From Octopus sinensis (Eukaryota), in the NCBI RefSeq assembly GCF_006345805.1, contig NC_043000.1:126418001-126482000 (forward strand): a DNA stretch of 64,000 nucleotides. Reading direction: 5' to 3'. The notes under the pieces are model-generated. The model did no database searches, had not been told where the DNA came from, and saw nothing but the letters and a program-made list of their open reading frames with translations. How positions within the stretch are numbered: position 1 is the stretch's first letter; every line of letters starts with the position of its first letter. The position numbers were made by a program, and so were the translations under genes. Positions 1 through 14,049 of this stretch are shown here, piece after piece.

Positions 1-46
1 GTGTGTGTGTGTGTGAGTGTGTGTGTGTGTACGTGCGCATGTGTGT

Positions 47-447
47 GTGTGAATTTAAGCTTGATAGTTCATGATGTCATTATCAAACTCCACCTGTCTA
101 ACACCTGTGGACATGTTTACAAAGTCAGAAAACAGCACAGCTCCCATGACTTTCGGAAACATTTTTTCATGCTAAGAGTTGCTGAAGCATGGAACAAACT
201 GCCAGCATCAGTTGTTACTTGTTATAGCACTGCATCCTTCAAAACTTCCATGCTTCCTGAGATTCACCAACACTACACCTGATTTTCTCCCCTCCATACA
301 CATGCAAGCATGTATCTGACTCATACACTGTTCACTTTCCAGACATTTGTACATTACTGCATATGCTTTATATGCACTTTTGACAAGTTGTGGTGCACCT
401 GAGCACTGTATACAATAATTTCATTATTATTCATTATCATTATTATT
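47..447 (+). mobile_element. CR1-clade LINE, 5'-truncated 3' end
   Basis: Translation NTCGHVYKVRKQHSSHDFRKHFFMLRVAEAWNKLPASVV matches the CR1 ORF2 C-terminus (T-GH..K..R.HFF..RV..WN.LP..VV); 3' UTR ends in an (ATT)n-like tail. Confidence 0.8.
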
Positions 448-623
448 ACTCTGAGTTTCCCCAGCACCATTCATTCAGATGTAAATTTGAGCAACTGTTT
501 ATAAGACAGCAATTTCTTTCATATCTCTACAAAAACATTTAACAGCAGCATACTAGAAAAAATGCTTCAAATTTAGCTTTATCAGCATCACTCAAACATT
601 ATATTAACAGTCAACAATAACAA

Positions 624-739
624 CACACACATACATACATACATACATACATACATACATACATACATACATACATACATACATACATACATACATACAT
701 ACATGTGTGTGTGTGTGTGGTGTGTGTGTGTGTGTGTTG

Positions 740-770
<31 letters not shown>

Positions 771-782
771 TGTGTGTGTGTG
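624..782. repeat. Compound microsatellite (CATA)n(TG)n, representative of dozens in the window
   Basis: Others include (TG)n 10880-10979, (TAA)n 14052-14127 and 20330-20506, (TA)n 39528-39680 and 48077-48138, (TAAA)n 38462-38535, (TTCC/TTTC)n 53820-53963, (CT)n 52380-52440. Confidence 0.95.
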
Positions 783-854
783 CATGCATATAATTTTATA
801 TGTATACCTTTAATGTTCCTAATGTTTATATATATTTCCTTTCTTCATTAATAG

Positions 855-929
855 GATGGCAGAATTTTATTTATGGATCCAATAAAGAAAGGAATCAAGC
901 ACATGGAACTAAAGGCTTCAAAAGGTCCT
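855..929 (+). CDS. WD40 gene exon (DGRILFMDPIKKGIKHMELKASKGP), phase 0-0
   Basis: Acceptor ttcctttcttcattaatag, donor CCT|gtacgt, 75 nt, WD-like DGRILF motif. Confidence 0.8.
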
Positions 930-1287
930 GTACGTATTTTTTAAGATGATATCATGGCTAAGAATATCCTAATGATTGCAGTAATTTGCTTATGTTCCCA
1001 TTTATAAAATATCATTAAGACAACACAAAACAGAATATAATTACATTTTTGAGATGTGCTATTACTTGCATAATAGCAATTTATTGTAGTAATAAACCTA
1101 AATGTACAATCATTTAATCTACTTAATGGTTTGGTAGAAGAAACTTAGACCCAAGTGCAAGCAATGAAATTGCAGCTGGCAACACATAGTTCTATCTACA
1201 TCATTAATCCACCAATCTTTTATCTTCAATCTTGTCATAAAGAAGAGTATAAAGGATAGTAGTATAAAGAAGTTCCAGTCATTTTAA

Positions 1288-1507
1288 TCCTTTCGTTACC
1301 AACCTGGCTGAAACTGACTCTGGCTCTGTAGTACAAATGTCTTGTTTTCAAAAGTTTTGAATGAAAATCTTCCACCAAACCTTACTCACAATTTAAGTTC
1401 TTGAAACTAGCTCATGATAACTAAGTCATTTTACTAAATTATTTGTTATAGTTAAAGTAATTGAAAGAAACACGGAGCATCTCAAAATAAATACAATAAC
1501 GAAAGGG
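1288..1507. mobile_element. piggyBac-type MITE
   Basis: TIRs (t/c)CCTTTCGTTA / TAACGAAAGGG, TTAA on both sides. A related copy at 37204-37879 is interrupted by a SINE. Confidence 0.7.
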
Positions 1508-1519
1508 TTAAAGTGGATG

Positions 1520-1690
1520 AAACTTGTGGAAAAGAGTGACCTAGGAAGATATGGGACAAAGTAGTGAAGGCTGATATCAACATGTTCAGCCTCACAGATG
1601 AGATGACAAAGGACTAAGATGATGGTGAATCATTGTGTTCAAGAAGTCCTGTCTGTCACAGCAGAAGCGAGGTCCTAAAAGCATACTGCA
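1520..1690 (+). mobile_element. Decayed RTE-like LINE 3' fragment
   Basis: Reads approximately G.PRKIWDKVVKADINMFSLTDEMTKD, typical of an RTE ORF end; contains stops. Confidence 0.45.
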
Positions 1691-2968
1691 CCCTAACCCT
1701 GTCAAGCATTCCTCACATCTTATCTTCCTAACACCCATCCCTCCATCACTCTTCTAATTATAGCACTAATCCTTTTCTACTCTAGGCACAAGGCCCGAAT
1801 TTTTTTTTTTTTTTTGAGCAGGGGGGTCAGGGGCCAGTCAATTAGATCGAACCCAGTACACAACTGGTACTTAATTTATCGACCCCGAAAGGATGAAAGG
1901 CAAAGTCGACCTTGGCGGAAAATTGAACTCAGAACGTAAAGACAGACAAAATACCTCTGTGCATTTCGCCCGGCATGCTAACGTTTCTGCCAGTTCACCG
2001 CCTCAACTATTATAATCATTTTAGAGCAGAATCAACACATATTTCACTTCCTATCCCACTTTTGCACTACTAGTTACTTCTTTCTTCCTTTCAAACCTCT
2101 CCCTATTAACATCCATCCCTCATTCTCATTATCGTCCCTTCCCACACTATTTTCACCAACCACCCCTTTTTTGTGCCCTCTATTATCTCTCCTTTTCTTC
2201 TGAGTTGCATCTCAGGTCTGCCATACCTCATCTGTAACTTCTCTTATATCTGCTATCATTCTCAACACCTTCTCATATCTGCCACTGACGCACCCTACTA
2301 TTGTTGTCATTCCTCACTATAGGCACCCACCCTTATGTACCTCTGACCTTCATCTCTGTTACTGTACACCTTACTCCCCCCAAACCCCAACACCCAAGCC
2401 ATCATCTCCTTACGTTCTGCTCTTCTAATAGGTTTATGATCATGTTGCTCTCTTCTCTTCCACTTGTAACCATACATAGGACTACTTATCAAATCTATCC
2501 TGCTTTTGTTTTTTAAGCTAACAGGATATGATATAACATGAGGGCTATTTGACTAATATTTCTAGCAGTTGTATTGATGAGATGATAGATTCCTCTTCAT
2601 TTGTAGCATGAAACAGTAAGACAGGTGTGGTAGAGCGTACAAATCATCCATTAAATTTCTGACAGTCTTAATGGTTTTTCACATCATGGTACACTGGAAT
2701 TTTGTAGGAAAAGTTCAAAATTACTTGTGCACTTCAAATGGATGTTTATAAAAAACTGTGGTCAGTTAAAAATTTCATGAAAATAAACTTAGAAAACTAT
2801 TGATTACTTTGTATCATTAATTCTATTTAAGGTGACAAGCTGGCAGAAATGTTAACACACTAGGTAAAATGCTTAGCAGCACTTCCTCTGTCTTTACATT
2901 CTGAGTTCAAATTCCACTAAGGTAGACTTTGCTTTTAATCCTTTTGAGGGTCAAAATAAGTACCGATT

Positions 2969-3303
2969 ATCGTTACCAGCGTTGCCTTACTGGCACATGA
3001 ACAAAACATTCGAGTGAGGTCATTACCAGTGCCACTGGAATGGCTCCTGTGCAGGTGGCATGTAAAAAACTCAATTTGAGTGTGTCCATTGCTAGTACCG
3101 CCAGACTGGCCCTCATGCCGGTGGCATGTAAAAGCACCCACTACACTCTCGGATTGGTTGGCATTAGGAAGGGCATCCAGCTGTAGAAACTCTGCCAGAT
3201 CAGATTGGAGCCTGGTGCAGCTGCTGGTTCTCCAGACCTCAGTCAAACCTTCCAACCCATGCCAGCATGGAAAACAGACGTTAATTGATGATGACGATGA
3301 TGA
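2969..3303 (+). mobile_element. SINE family C (RTE-like 3' tail ending in (GAT)n)
   Basis: GGTTGGCATTAGGAAGGGCATCCAGCTGTAGAAAC...CCAACCCATGCCAGCATGGAAA...GATGATGA. Other copies at 18062-18222, 37262-37715(-), 39008-39290, 53965-54150(-), 57950-58220, 63165-63380(-). Confidence 0.8.
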
Positions 3304-4515
3304 ATGCTAGGATTGCTGTAATTGATTAGTTCTGCCATCAAAATTCCAGGTGTTGTGCCTGTAGAAGGGAGGCTTATTAATTCTACTTGAGTATAACAAA
3401 ATTATGAATAACATATTTTTCAAGGTACTCAGTCATTAGTATGGATTTTTCTAAAGCTTTAATTCATACTTTAAAACTCCACAGAGCACTTAGACATTCC
3501 TTCAATGTACCCTTGTACCACAGTGCATTGTTTGAGAGTCACTGGTCTAGATGCTCCACTTAATTGTTGGTTATTTGTAGCTTGAAGCACTTGATTAAGA
3601 TAAATTCTTTAAATATAAGCTACCATTAAGAACTATAATTCTTTAAAATTTTGATCCAAAGCCAGCATTGTTAGGGAAATGGGGCTGGTTGGTTATATTG
3701 ATTCCAGTACTTGACTGGTACTTATTTTATTGATCCTGAAAGGGCAAAAGACAAAGTGAACCTCTTCAGCATTTGAACCCAGAATGTAAAGACAAAAGAA
3801 ATGTCACAAAGCATTTTGTCTGATACCAGTACCCCAGTAGAACCGTCCAACCCATGCTAGCATGGAAAGCGGACGCTAAACGACGATGATGATGATGATG
3901 ATGCTAATGATTCTGCCAGTTCATTGCCCTACCATTAAGAATTATAATAAAATTCACCTAGGCTTGGACTTAGGTTTAATCCTGCAATTTATTCATCCAA
4001 CTGGGTGAATAAACTGTCAGGTGAAATGAATTTTATTATAAATGTGACTAAGGCAGTGAAGTGGCAGAATTGTTTGGACGCTAGGCAAAATGCTTGGCTG
4101 CATTTTGTCCATCTTTATATTCTGAATTCAAATTCCACCAAGGTTGACATTGCCTTTCATCCTTTCAGAGTTAATAAATTAAGTACCAGTGAAACACGGG
4201 GATTGATGTAATCGACTAGTCCCCTCCCTGAAAATTTCAGGCCTTTAGTGAAAGGGTTATGTGACCCTGCTTTCAGGGTTATGTCTCCACCTTAGTTAAC
4301 ATTATGTTGTTATTCTTAAACTACCTTTCAAATCTTAAATTAATATTACCATTAAGAATTATAACCTACATGCTCTGACTCATGACTAAACACGCTTTTG
4401 TTTTCTAGAAGAGAGTGTCTGATTCTGAATTCTGCAGCCAGCTTTGATTCCTATTAACTCTTCTTCCCATTCAATTTTTGTTTTATCTACAAACTACTTT
4501 ATATATCATTTTTAA

Positions 4516-5125
4516 TCCTTTAGCATTTAAGCCAGACATATCCAGCCCAAATATTCTTCCTGATTTATATTCAAAACAGCCAGATCCAACATCTCACACC
4601 TACTCAACAATGTCATTCTAAAAATATATAATCACATCACTGAAATCTCAAAGCTACAAGATGATGCATTTTTAACTGAAAATGATGTGAATAAATCTCT
4701 CTATATATAAAGCTGAAGTTGTCTGTGTATGGCAGGTTTGGTAGCCTTCAACTAGCACTATCTCCTCCGAGACCCTGTGGCGCAAGTTGACCAAAATTGA
4801 GAGTATGATAGAAGAAGGCTTGCTCTTCCTTCCGTAGAAGAAAAAATTCAAATCGAACCATGTTAACACCAAAAATTATTTACATCAAAAAGGTGCTTTT
4901 TCTATGAAAATCCCTATTTTTTACGATTTTTTTACGGCTGTGTCACCATTTTAAGGTGTATTTCAACCAGAAAAATGTTCACTTAAAGAGAATAACAAGC
5001 TACATAATGCAAAATTTTTACTTTTCAAAAATTCCAATTCTAAAGGGTCGAAACAAACCCGAGCAATACCGGGCGATACTGCTAGTAAGTATTACATTTG
5101 AAAAAGTAATCTGAATGTTAAAGGG
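4516..5125. mobile_element. piggyBac-type MITE interrupted by a Helitron
   Basis: Ends ttaa-TCCTTTAGCATT ... AATGTTAAAGGG-tcaa; Helitron inserted at 4696-5085. Confidence 0.6.
4696..5085 (+). mobile_element. Non-autonomous Helitron
   Basis: Starts TC, ends CTAG, subterminal hairpin CCCGagcaatacCGGG, inserted between A and T with no TSD. Confidence 0.8.
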
Positions 5126-5399
5126 TCAAACTTTGATAAAATTTAGATCTGTTTTATTCAAAGATTGGCTCAGGCCATGTTTTACTTAATAGCATCACCT
5201 GACAGAATTTGTTGAGTTATTTTTAAGTTGTGTTTTGTGGTATCATAGCCTATTCAAGTAGGGAGTTATTGTTGGCTGAGATGTATAGGTGACTTGTCTG
5301 ATATTCCTTTAAGAAATTTGCCCTGATATCATTTGAAGGATATTATTATGTTTATTTTGTCTTCATATAATTGTTAGGTATACTGGATTTTCTTTCCAG

Positions 5400-5552
5400 A
5401 TCATGAAGCTTCATCACAGTAAAGAACATAATTCTCTAGCTGCACAGACTCATGAAAGTGATCACACATTGATTCAAATATGGAGTTTACCATCTTTAAT
5501 TCTTCACTTTAGCATCACAAGTGAGCAGAATTTAACAGCATGGACAAGACTT
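5400..5552 (+). CDS. WD40 gene exon (IMKLHHSKEH...IQIWSLPSL...TAWTRL), phase 0-0
   Basis: Acceptor ttttctttccag, donor CTT|gtaagt, 153 nt open. Confidence 0.88.
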
Positions 5553-5728
5553 GTAAGTCATATGTTTGTTGTAAGATTTGTTGTTTAGGTTATATTTAAT
5601 CATTAGTATTCTTGTGAAGTGGTAGAAATGGTAGGATACTGAACTAAATGTTTTGTGATATTTACTTACATTACTGAACATTCTAAGAATCAAATCCCTC
5701 AAAAGTCAACTTTTATCTACTCTAGATA

Positions 5729-5899
5729 GGTGTAGGAGTGGCTGTGTGGTAAGTAGCTTGCTTACCAACCACATGGTTCTGGGTTCAGTCCCACTGCATG
5801 GCACCTCAGGCAAGTGTCTTCTGCTATAGCCTCGGGCTGACCAAAGCCTTGTGAGTGAATTTGTTAGATGGAAACTGAAAGAAGCCTATCGTATATATG

Positions 5900-5930
<31 letters not shown>

Positions 5931-6170
5931 ATATATATGTATATATGTATGTGTTTGTGCATATGTTTGTGTGTCTGTGTTTGCCCCCCAACATGGCTTG
6001 ACAACTGATGCTGGTGTGTTTACATCCCCGTAACTTAGCGGTTCGACAAAAGAGACCGACAGAATAAGTACTAGGCTTACAAAGAATAAGTCCTGGGTCA
6101 ATTTGTTCAACTAAAGGTGCTGCTCCAGCATGGGCACAATCAAATGACCGAAACAAGTAAAAGAGTAAAG
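5729..6170 (+). mobile_element. tRNA-derived SINE, family A
   Basis: Head GG(C/T)GTAGGAGTGGCTGTGTGGTAAG with A box and B box (GGGTTCAGTCCC), internal (TA/TG)n, tail GACTGAAACAAGTAAAAGAG. Octopus tRNA-SINEs OK/OR1/OR2 are established; exact family not verified. Confidence 0.85.
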
Positions 6171-7159
6171 AGAGCAAAGAGTAGATGGATGAACAGTAAA
6201 TCCACTAGAGTTAGCTTTATTTTTTTTTTTCGTTCTTGAATTTGGTTTGCAAGATTCTTTATATGAGTTCGTGTGTTGAAGTATATTCTGTGGTGTCTGG
6301 GGAGAGTCATTTTCTTTTTGAGCTTTATAATGTAACATACTCACTGGTAAAATTTCCGCTTATTTTTTTTTTTATCTCACTAAAATTGATAAAATAGGTA
6401 CTAGGAATATACTGGAGTTGATTCAATTGGCAAGATCTCTCCCAACAAACCTAAGGCTTTAGCAGCAGAAGCATCATTGGAAAGTTGGAAAAACTGTTTT
6501 GCAGTAGTTCTTCCAGCACCTCACATTCTGAGTTCAAATCCTGCAGAGGTTGATTTTGCCTTTCATCCTTCCAGGGTTGGTATTGATAAAATAAAGCATC
6601 AGTCAAGTACTGGAATCGATGGTACTGACTAACCCCTTTCCTGTCAAATTACAGGCCTTGTGCCTAAATAAGAAACCATTATTATTGTGATTTATTCCAA
6701 AATTTTATGCATTCTGAGTTCAATTCCCCGTAATGCTAACTCCGTTTTTCATTCTTTTAAGGTCAATAAAATAGAGTACCATTCAAGGACTGGGGTTGGA
6801 TTAATTGATTAATTATCCCCCACCCCATATAAACACCAAATTTCAGGCCCTGTATCTATATTAGAAGCAATTATTATTCTTGGAATTATCACTGTAATCT
6901 CATTATTTAAGTTAATTGGTATTTATCTTTTGCTCTTATCAATTTGATGTTTGTTGTTTAATGTCAAATCAGCTCTGATTAAGGAAACTGAGTATCCAAC
7001 GAATTCCAGTTATGACCATTCCATCTTTTTCTTAGATACAGGCAATAAAGTATGATTTAATTGAGATTAAGTTGCTATTTCTAATAGGTCAAGTAACTTC
7101 ATAGTGGCTCCCTAGTGAGCTCATTTTGTTTGTTTTGTTCAGCTTGGTTTACTTTTCTT

Positions 7160-7388
7160 ATTTCTTTATTGCCCGCAAGGGGCTAAACATAAAGGGCACA
7201 AACAAGGACAGACAAACGGATTAAGTCGATTACATCAACCCCAGTGCGTAACTGGTGCTTAATTTATCGACTCCGAATGGATGAAAGGCAAAGTCGACCT
7301 CAGTGGAATTTGAACTCAGAACGTAAAGACAGATGAAATACCGCTAAGCATTTCGTCCAGCATGCAAAAGATTCTGCCAGCTCACTAC
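7160..7388 (-). mobile_element. tRNA-derived SINE, family B
   Basis: Minus strand GAGCTGGCAGAA..GCTTAGCGG..GAGTTCAAATTCC..GTCGACTTTGCCTTTCATCC. Other copies at ~1783-2003(-), 2831-2965(+), 4070-4250(+), 6470-6680(+), 36600-36890(+), 41144-41365(+), 50440-50565(+). Confidence 0.8.
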
Positions 7389-7492
7389 CCTACTTGGTTT
7401 ATATTTCTTTCATTCTTCTGTATATACATGAACAATAGATTAAAACTGAATCAACCCAGTTTTCAGCAGCTTCTCATATTTTCCCTTGACAG

Positions 7493-7580
7493 GAAAATGC
7501 TCTTTTAACTGGACATGATGATGGAGTTTTAACATGGTATCTGCTGACTCCTACAAAGGATTCTGATCTGGAAAATACAG
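7493..7580 (+). CDS. WD40 gene exon (ENALLTGHDDGVLTWYLLTPTKDSDLENT), phase 0-1
   Basis: Acceptor ttttcccttgacag, donor CAG|gtatga, 88 nt, WD motif LLTGHDDG. Confidence 0.88.
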
Positions 7581-7613
7581 GTATGAAGAATAAAATTCTT
7601 ATAAGTATGTATG

Positions 7614-7650
<37 letters not shown>

Positions 7651-8140
7651 TGTCCAACACATATTCCTGTCTAAGCAGGAATAAAAGGCTTAACTGGTAC
7701 TTTATTTTATTGATCCTGGAGAGATGAAAGCAAAGTCAATCTTAGCAGGATTTGAACTCAAAACATAAAGAACTGGAACAAATACTGTAAGACTTTTTGT
7801 CAACTGTCCTATTCCAATTTTGCCAATCCACCAACTATGTTAATAGTAATGATTTCTCACATTGGCACAAAGTTTTTATTAATGTCAGAAGCAGTGCTGG
7901 ATTAACCATTAAGCAAAATAAGCATGTGCTTAGTGCATCAAGCAAAGAGAGGGTGGAGAGCACCACAGAAATGGTAAATGGTTTATGGCACAAAAGAATC
8001 ACTTTAAACTTGCTAAAATGATATTCAAGATGCCTTATCTCTACTAAGTATAGAAGTAGATGTGTTATGCAAGATTAACTTTGAGAACCTGATCAAAGAC
8101 TTTACAATTAAAAAAAACGTAGGAGAAATCTTCCTAAACA

Positions 8141-9415
8141 TTGGGTCATCCCATAAATAATGCGGTCTTTCCAATTGCATGAACTAAAAGTCCGAGGGGG
8201 ATGGGATAAACTACCTGCATCATCTTGCTATAAAAACAGGTAGTAATTATACCTTGTACTTATTCTTAGTGCAAGTTTTGAAAAGTACAGTTCGATTTTT
8301 ACAGTTATTGTTTCAAAGCTATAATGGAAGTGACTAAGGAGTATATTCAGCATATTTTGCTTTATGAGTTCAATAAAGACAACAAAACAATGGAAAGTGC
8401 AAGGAATATCAATGCAGTATTTGGGGATCAGACAGTAGGTGTAAGCCAGTGTCAACGGTGGTTCCAGAAATTCTGAGCTGGAAATTACAATCTAGAAGAT
8501 GACCCTCATCCTGGAAGATCTGAAGTGCTCAACAAGAATGTCCTGCAAACTCTGCTGGAACAAAATCCCAACGTAACTGTTGAGGAACTAGCAGAGAAGT
8601 TTGGATTTGGTCATTCAACCATTCACCGATACCTGCATGCCATTGGAAAAATTAGCAAATTGGGTCAATGGGTTCCTCACAAATTTTCCAAGTCTAATTG
8701 CATGCAGAGAGTGAAGTGTGCTCTTCTTTGCTGTCACATCTCACGAATGAACCTTTTTTGGACTGAATAGTGACTGGTGATGAGAAATGGGTTCTTTATA
8801 AAACTGTCAAGTGTCAAACACAGTGGGTAGGGTAAGGAGAAATACTGGAACCCCAAACTAAGGAAAGTCTTCACCCACATAAGGTGTTGTTATCTGTTTG
8901 ATGAGATATGAAAGGTTTAGTCCACTTTGAACTTTTAAACCCAAACCAAATGATAACAAAGGAGATTTACAGCAAGTAGCTTGAGCAACTTAAGTCAGTG
9001 CTAGAAGGGAAAAAAACCATCTTTGGTTTCAAGACGAAAGGTGTTCTCTCATCAGGATAATGCTCAGCTACATACAGCGAGGATGACATTCCAAAAGCTG
9101 GAGCAGTTTCAATGGGAAACAATGCCCCGCCCGCCATATTCACCGGACACTCCCCCATCTGATTATCATTTATTCCGCAGTCTTCAAACTCATTTGGACA
9201 GGAAAAATATGAATTCTGTAGACAAGGTCAGAACAGTACTGGAGGAGTATTTTTCATCACGGACAAGTGAATTTTGGAAGAGGGGCCTTGCAAGTCTACC
9301 AGATAGATAGAAGATCATTGTAGAAAATGGAGAGTATATTTTAGATAAAAAAAAAGAACTTTATCTTAATTTTGAAAAATAAAAGAAATAACGCATTATT
9401 TATGGGATGACCCAA
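8141..9415 (+). mobile_element. Mariner (DD34D) transposon, decayed, near full length
   Basis: TIRs TTGGGTCATCCCATAAATAATGCG at both ends, TA at the right end. Motifs WVPHK, IVTGDEKW, HQDNA, PYSPD..PSDYHLF. Stops and frameshifts. Confidence 0.92.
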
Positions 9416-10120
9416 TATAAATTAAGTGAAAGTATAAGAAATTATTTTATCATTTGTTATTGTTTATATTTTGAATAACATATATATGGGGGTAACAAAA
9501 TATTTTAAGTGCTTAGGGCCTTTATGGATCTTAATCCAGTGCTGGTCTGAAGGTTGAGCTAATAAGGTAGCCTCTACATGGTCACTTGACCTGCCAGATA
9601 TAGCAACCAATTTTCCTTCAGCTCATACTCTACAATTATAAATAAAGAAGGATACACTTTAAAATGTAGTCCCTAATGTAAATAGAAAGATAGAAAGATA
9701 ATTTCTTAAACTCTTTTGGTCGGTTTAACCAGATTTAAACTGGGGTAGGGTGGGGTGGGGGGAAATAACAACATGAAGGATGAAAAGGTAAGTCATATTT
9801 GATATAATTTGAATTGATTAATAAACAAAAATGAACCCTGCCAGCATCTACCAACTCTACCATTTGTTGAGTTTAGCTTCATTTAGGAACAAGGAGAAGA
9901 GGTGGAGTAAATGGGGATGTAGTAAGAGGAATAGTAATGGAATGTTTAAAGTTTTTCTTCAGCATCTAAATTATATATTTGTACCAGTGGTATATGTGGG
10001 TCACAGAAACAGGAACAAAGAATACTTGTCATAAAATTTCTTAACCTCATGTTAATCCTGATCAAACAGGTTCATGATCAAGTGTGTTCCAGCAATGACC
10101 ATCACATTTTTTCTTCCCTC

Positions 10121-10512
10121 TCTTTACTCTTTTACTTGTTTCAGTCACTTGACTGTGGCCATGCAGGAGCACTGCCTTTAGTTGAGCAAATCGACCCCAG
10201 GACTTATTCTTTGTAAGCCTAGTACTTATTCTATCGGTCTCTTTTGCCAAACCGCTAAGTTACAGGGACGTAAACACACCAGCAATGTTGGGGGGACAAA
10301 CACAGACACACAAACACATACACACACACATTTATACATACATATATACAACGGGTTTCTTTCAGTTTCTGTCTACCAAATCCACTCACAAGGTTTTGGT
10401 CGGCCCAAGGCTATAGTAGAAGACACTTGCCCAAGGTGCCACACAGTGGGACTGAACCTGGAACCATGTAGTTCGTAAGCAAGCTACTTACCACACAGCC
10501 ACACCTACACCT
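10121..10512 (-). mobile_element. tRNA-derived SINE, family A
   Basis: Reverse complement of the family A consensus. Confidence 0.85.
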
Positions 10513-10908
10513 ATATTAGAAAATCTAAGATGATGTTATTCAAAATGTCCGTTTTTTAAGACAGCATGGCATGATTTGAGAAAGATTTGGCTGCTATTTC
10601 TTATCAGTTATGAGTTGTTCAGTTTATTCCAATGTACAGACTGTAAACAGATTTAGTAAAGAAGCCTATTGTTATATTATTGTAGCAGTTGTTTAGTCCC
10701 AGGTTATCCATGATCCAGCAGACCTATGGTAAAAGATGTTCCAGTCATGACCATCCAGTCATTTTTCCATATCAAGGACTACATTATCCAATTTCTTCTT
10801 CATTTATTTAAAATGACTGGAGTAATTTGGTTGTTTCTGTCTTGTAAAAATTTATTGACTATTTAGAGACTCCTTTGCTGTCTAGACAGGTGTGTGTGTG
10901 GTGTGTGT

Positions 10909-10981
<73 letters not shown>

Positions 10982-13228
10982 CAGAAAGTGTATGAGAGAG
11001 AGAAGGAGGAAATAGAGTGATAAGAGAGAAGTGAGAAAAAGATGAGATAAGTTGAGAATATTATGACTAGGAAAACAGGATGTAACTAAATGCTATAATA
11101 ACAAAAGCTGTAACCTGATTTTATCAAAAATTTGCCACGTGTTTAATTAATATGTTTAATCAACTCTTTTCAAACCAAATTTATATAAAATGGGTCCATG
11201 TGTGTTGGAATTTTTTCTCAGTACATTGCAGAGCAATTCTCATAAAGATGACCAAAAGTGGAAAGCATTACTGCCTGTCTATAAGCATGTTGGAATAAAT
11301 AATTTAATGTGTCTTTTCCTTCCTTATTTCAGTAGCATTTGAGCCGAAACAAATTTTGCTGCTATTTCTAGCAGGTAGAATGACTGCATAGCGGCTTCCT
11401 TAGTGGTTTATGTGATGTTGGGTGTATTAAACTTGGAACAAGTGTTGCTTATGTTTAAGTTAACCCTGGTTGAGCAAGCATCTTATAATAATTCTGCTTG
11501 TTATTGTGTTACTTAGCTTTGACATGATTAGAGAAAAATAGAGAGAATGAAAAGAGAGAGAGAGAGAGAAAGAGAGCGAGACAAAGAGGGAGAGAAAAGC
11601 ATTCATGACATGAGATAGAGGAAATGTAATTGTAACGCTTTCACTTGATTAGTTGAAGAGAAAGAGAGGAGAAAGAAAAAGGAGTGTGAAAAAGAGGATA
11701 AGGCAAAGAGTGAGACAGAAAGTGGGAGAAGAAAAAGAAGGGAAGAGAAGCATCCATGATGTGGGTAGGAGGGATGTATTATTTATTGTGGTGAAAAAAG
11801 TTAGTTGATGGTAGAGGAGGAGAGTTAGAAATGTAATTTTAGCAGAGTGGTGATGTTCTGATGGTGAGATTAAAGAAAGGCAGAGAAAGGGGAGGAGAGG
11901 TGGAAGATGGGGAGGGGAAGGAAGGGAGAGAGAGAGGAGGGAGAGAGAGAGAGATGATGATGGGGTGATGTTGGTGGTGGTGGTGACTGGATAAGTGTAT
12001 TTTTTTAAATTGAACTAAGTTTTTTTATATCACCTATCACTTAATGCATGTGCATAAGTGCAATTCCATGAAATATTCAAGCTTATTTATGTGGCAGATA
12101 GATGTAATTTAACTAAAGGTTGTATCATATGTACGAGGTATTTTTTGTTTATGGGGAAAATGGAAAAATAAGAGTTAATATTTATCTTATGAGTGCTGTG
12201 TATTAAGTCTATAAACCTGTGCATAAAGTATATAAAATGTATATATAAAGTACATTAAGTAATCATCCTATTCCAATTTCTTTCACTTTTCAATGAGTAG
12301 TGGATGAGCAACTATCTTTCCCTAAAGACACAACACAGGCTATGCTTTCAGGTATTTTGGATAAAGTTTTCAGAAATAACTCAATAGATTTACCATTAAT
12401 TCCGTGAAATATTCAAGTATCCCACTAGTCTTTTTAAATCCATTTCAGCAACAACCATTCTATCTTTTTAGCAGTATATAGACAACATTATGTAATATTT
12501 CATTGTTCTATTTAATACTGCGGGGTATACTTTGCTTTGAGGGAGATTTTGCTACTATTTCTGGCAGATGGAGCATTCACATGGTAGCTTCTTTTGATGG
12601 TTATGTAGGACTGTGCAACCATTTATCCAGACACATTTTTACCCTCTACTTTTCATCTCTCCATCTGTTTTCTCTTCTTATTCCTTTCTGTAAAAGAGCA
12701 AAGGCTCAAAATGTCAAAGACTTCCCCCATTTTCCTTGGGCATTAAACTAACATGCCCTTTTCCTTGTTCCCTTACTTGTCCCTGTCTTTTTATTTTTGT
12801 CTTTTGAATAATTTTGAACCACATATTATTTTAATGATTCCTTAAAACTGCAGGTTAAATATGAGGAAGATTTGACTACTATTTCTGGAAGGCTTCCTTA
12901 TAATATGGTTTTTAAATATGGCAGAAATTTTTAACCTTCTCTCACATCATTTTACTGTTTGCAGCTTGTGGGTTGCATTCATAATGAAAAATAGCCATTA
13001 ATCATGTAGTAATGATATTTTAACAAAAATTAGGAACAATTTAATACAAGAAGTTTGGAGGATAAGTTAATATAGCATTAATGATGTTGCCAAGTAGATT
13101 GGTATCGAAATGATTAAATGGCAATAAAATACTGATTATAACACCAATTTTAAGAAGACTGCTGGTCAGTGTGACCTAGACATTGTTTAATAATAATAAT
13201 AATAATAATAGTAATAATAATAATAATA

Positions 13229-14049
13229 CAAGATCAATGCCTACCTACAAGGAACTACCAGGCCAACATATTAAAGAACGGCAGTAGCCCAACATGTCAT
13301 GTATGTCAACAACAAAAGGAAACCATTGATCATGTTGTCTCTACGTGCAGTCTTCTTGCGCTTACAGAGTATCTCAACAGGCATGATAGAGCTGCACAAT
13401 ATATTCACTGGGTAATTTGCAGAAACCTGGACTTGCCCCATGATAAAAACTGGTGGGAAAACAAACCACCTCCAGTGCTTGAAAATGACCACATCTCACT
13501 CCTCTGGAACTTCACCATTCAAACTGACAGGAAGATAGACGTGAATAGGCCAGACATCATAGTAAAAGACTTCAGACAAAAAACATGCCTCCTCATTGAT
13601 ATGACAGTCCCAATCAATATAAATGTATCTGTCGAGACCTACCAGAAACTGAGCAAATATAAAGATCTGGAAATAGAAATCAACAAAATGTGGAACTTGA
13701 AGACTAAAACAACACCTGTTGTCATAGGTGCCCTGGGAATGATAGCAAAAGGGGTTGATTGCTACCTAACTCAGATACCAGGAAACCCCAAAATGGCAGA
13801 AATTCAAAAGATAGTGCTCATGGGAACTGCTCATATCCTACGCAAAATACTTTCTTTGTAATCTCAAGTTTTAAAACAAACATAATTTTCGTATGGTTTT
13901 TTAGGCATTCACTAGTACAACACTAAGTACAAAACCAAATATATAGCACCCTAGGCATAACACCAACATGAACTTCCAACTTGTTGTCTCTTGAGATCTC
14001 TGGGTGAGACTTGGAGCCAGCTTGTGCAAATGTAAAGCAAAAGTCAAAC

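Noticed and set aside
588-789. HT/VC/YI/MYVC-rich ORFs throughout the track
   Set aside because: They are translations of (CA)n, (TA)n, (CATA)n and (TAA)n microsatellites or SINE bodies, not genes.
2040-2500. G-poor skewed segments (also 22980-23420, and the purine tract 11540-11960) as genes or defined elements
   Set aside because: No convincing frame or motif. They may be very old PLE/LINE remnants or simple low-complexity DNA.
5729-5810. SINE heads as functional tRNA genes
   Set aside because: They have A and B boxes but no complete cloverleaf, and they continue into SINE bodies.
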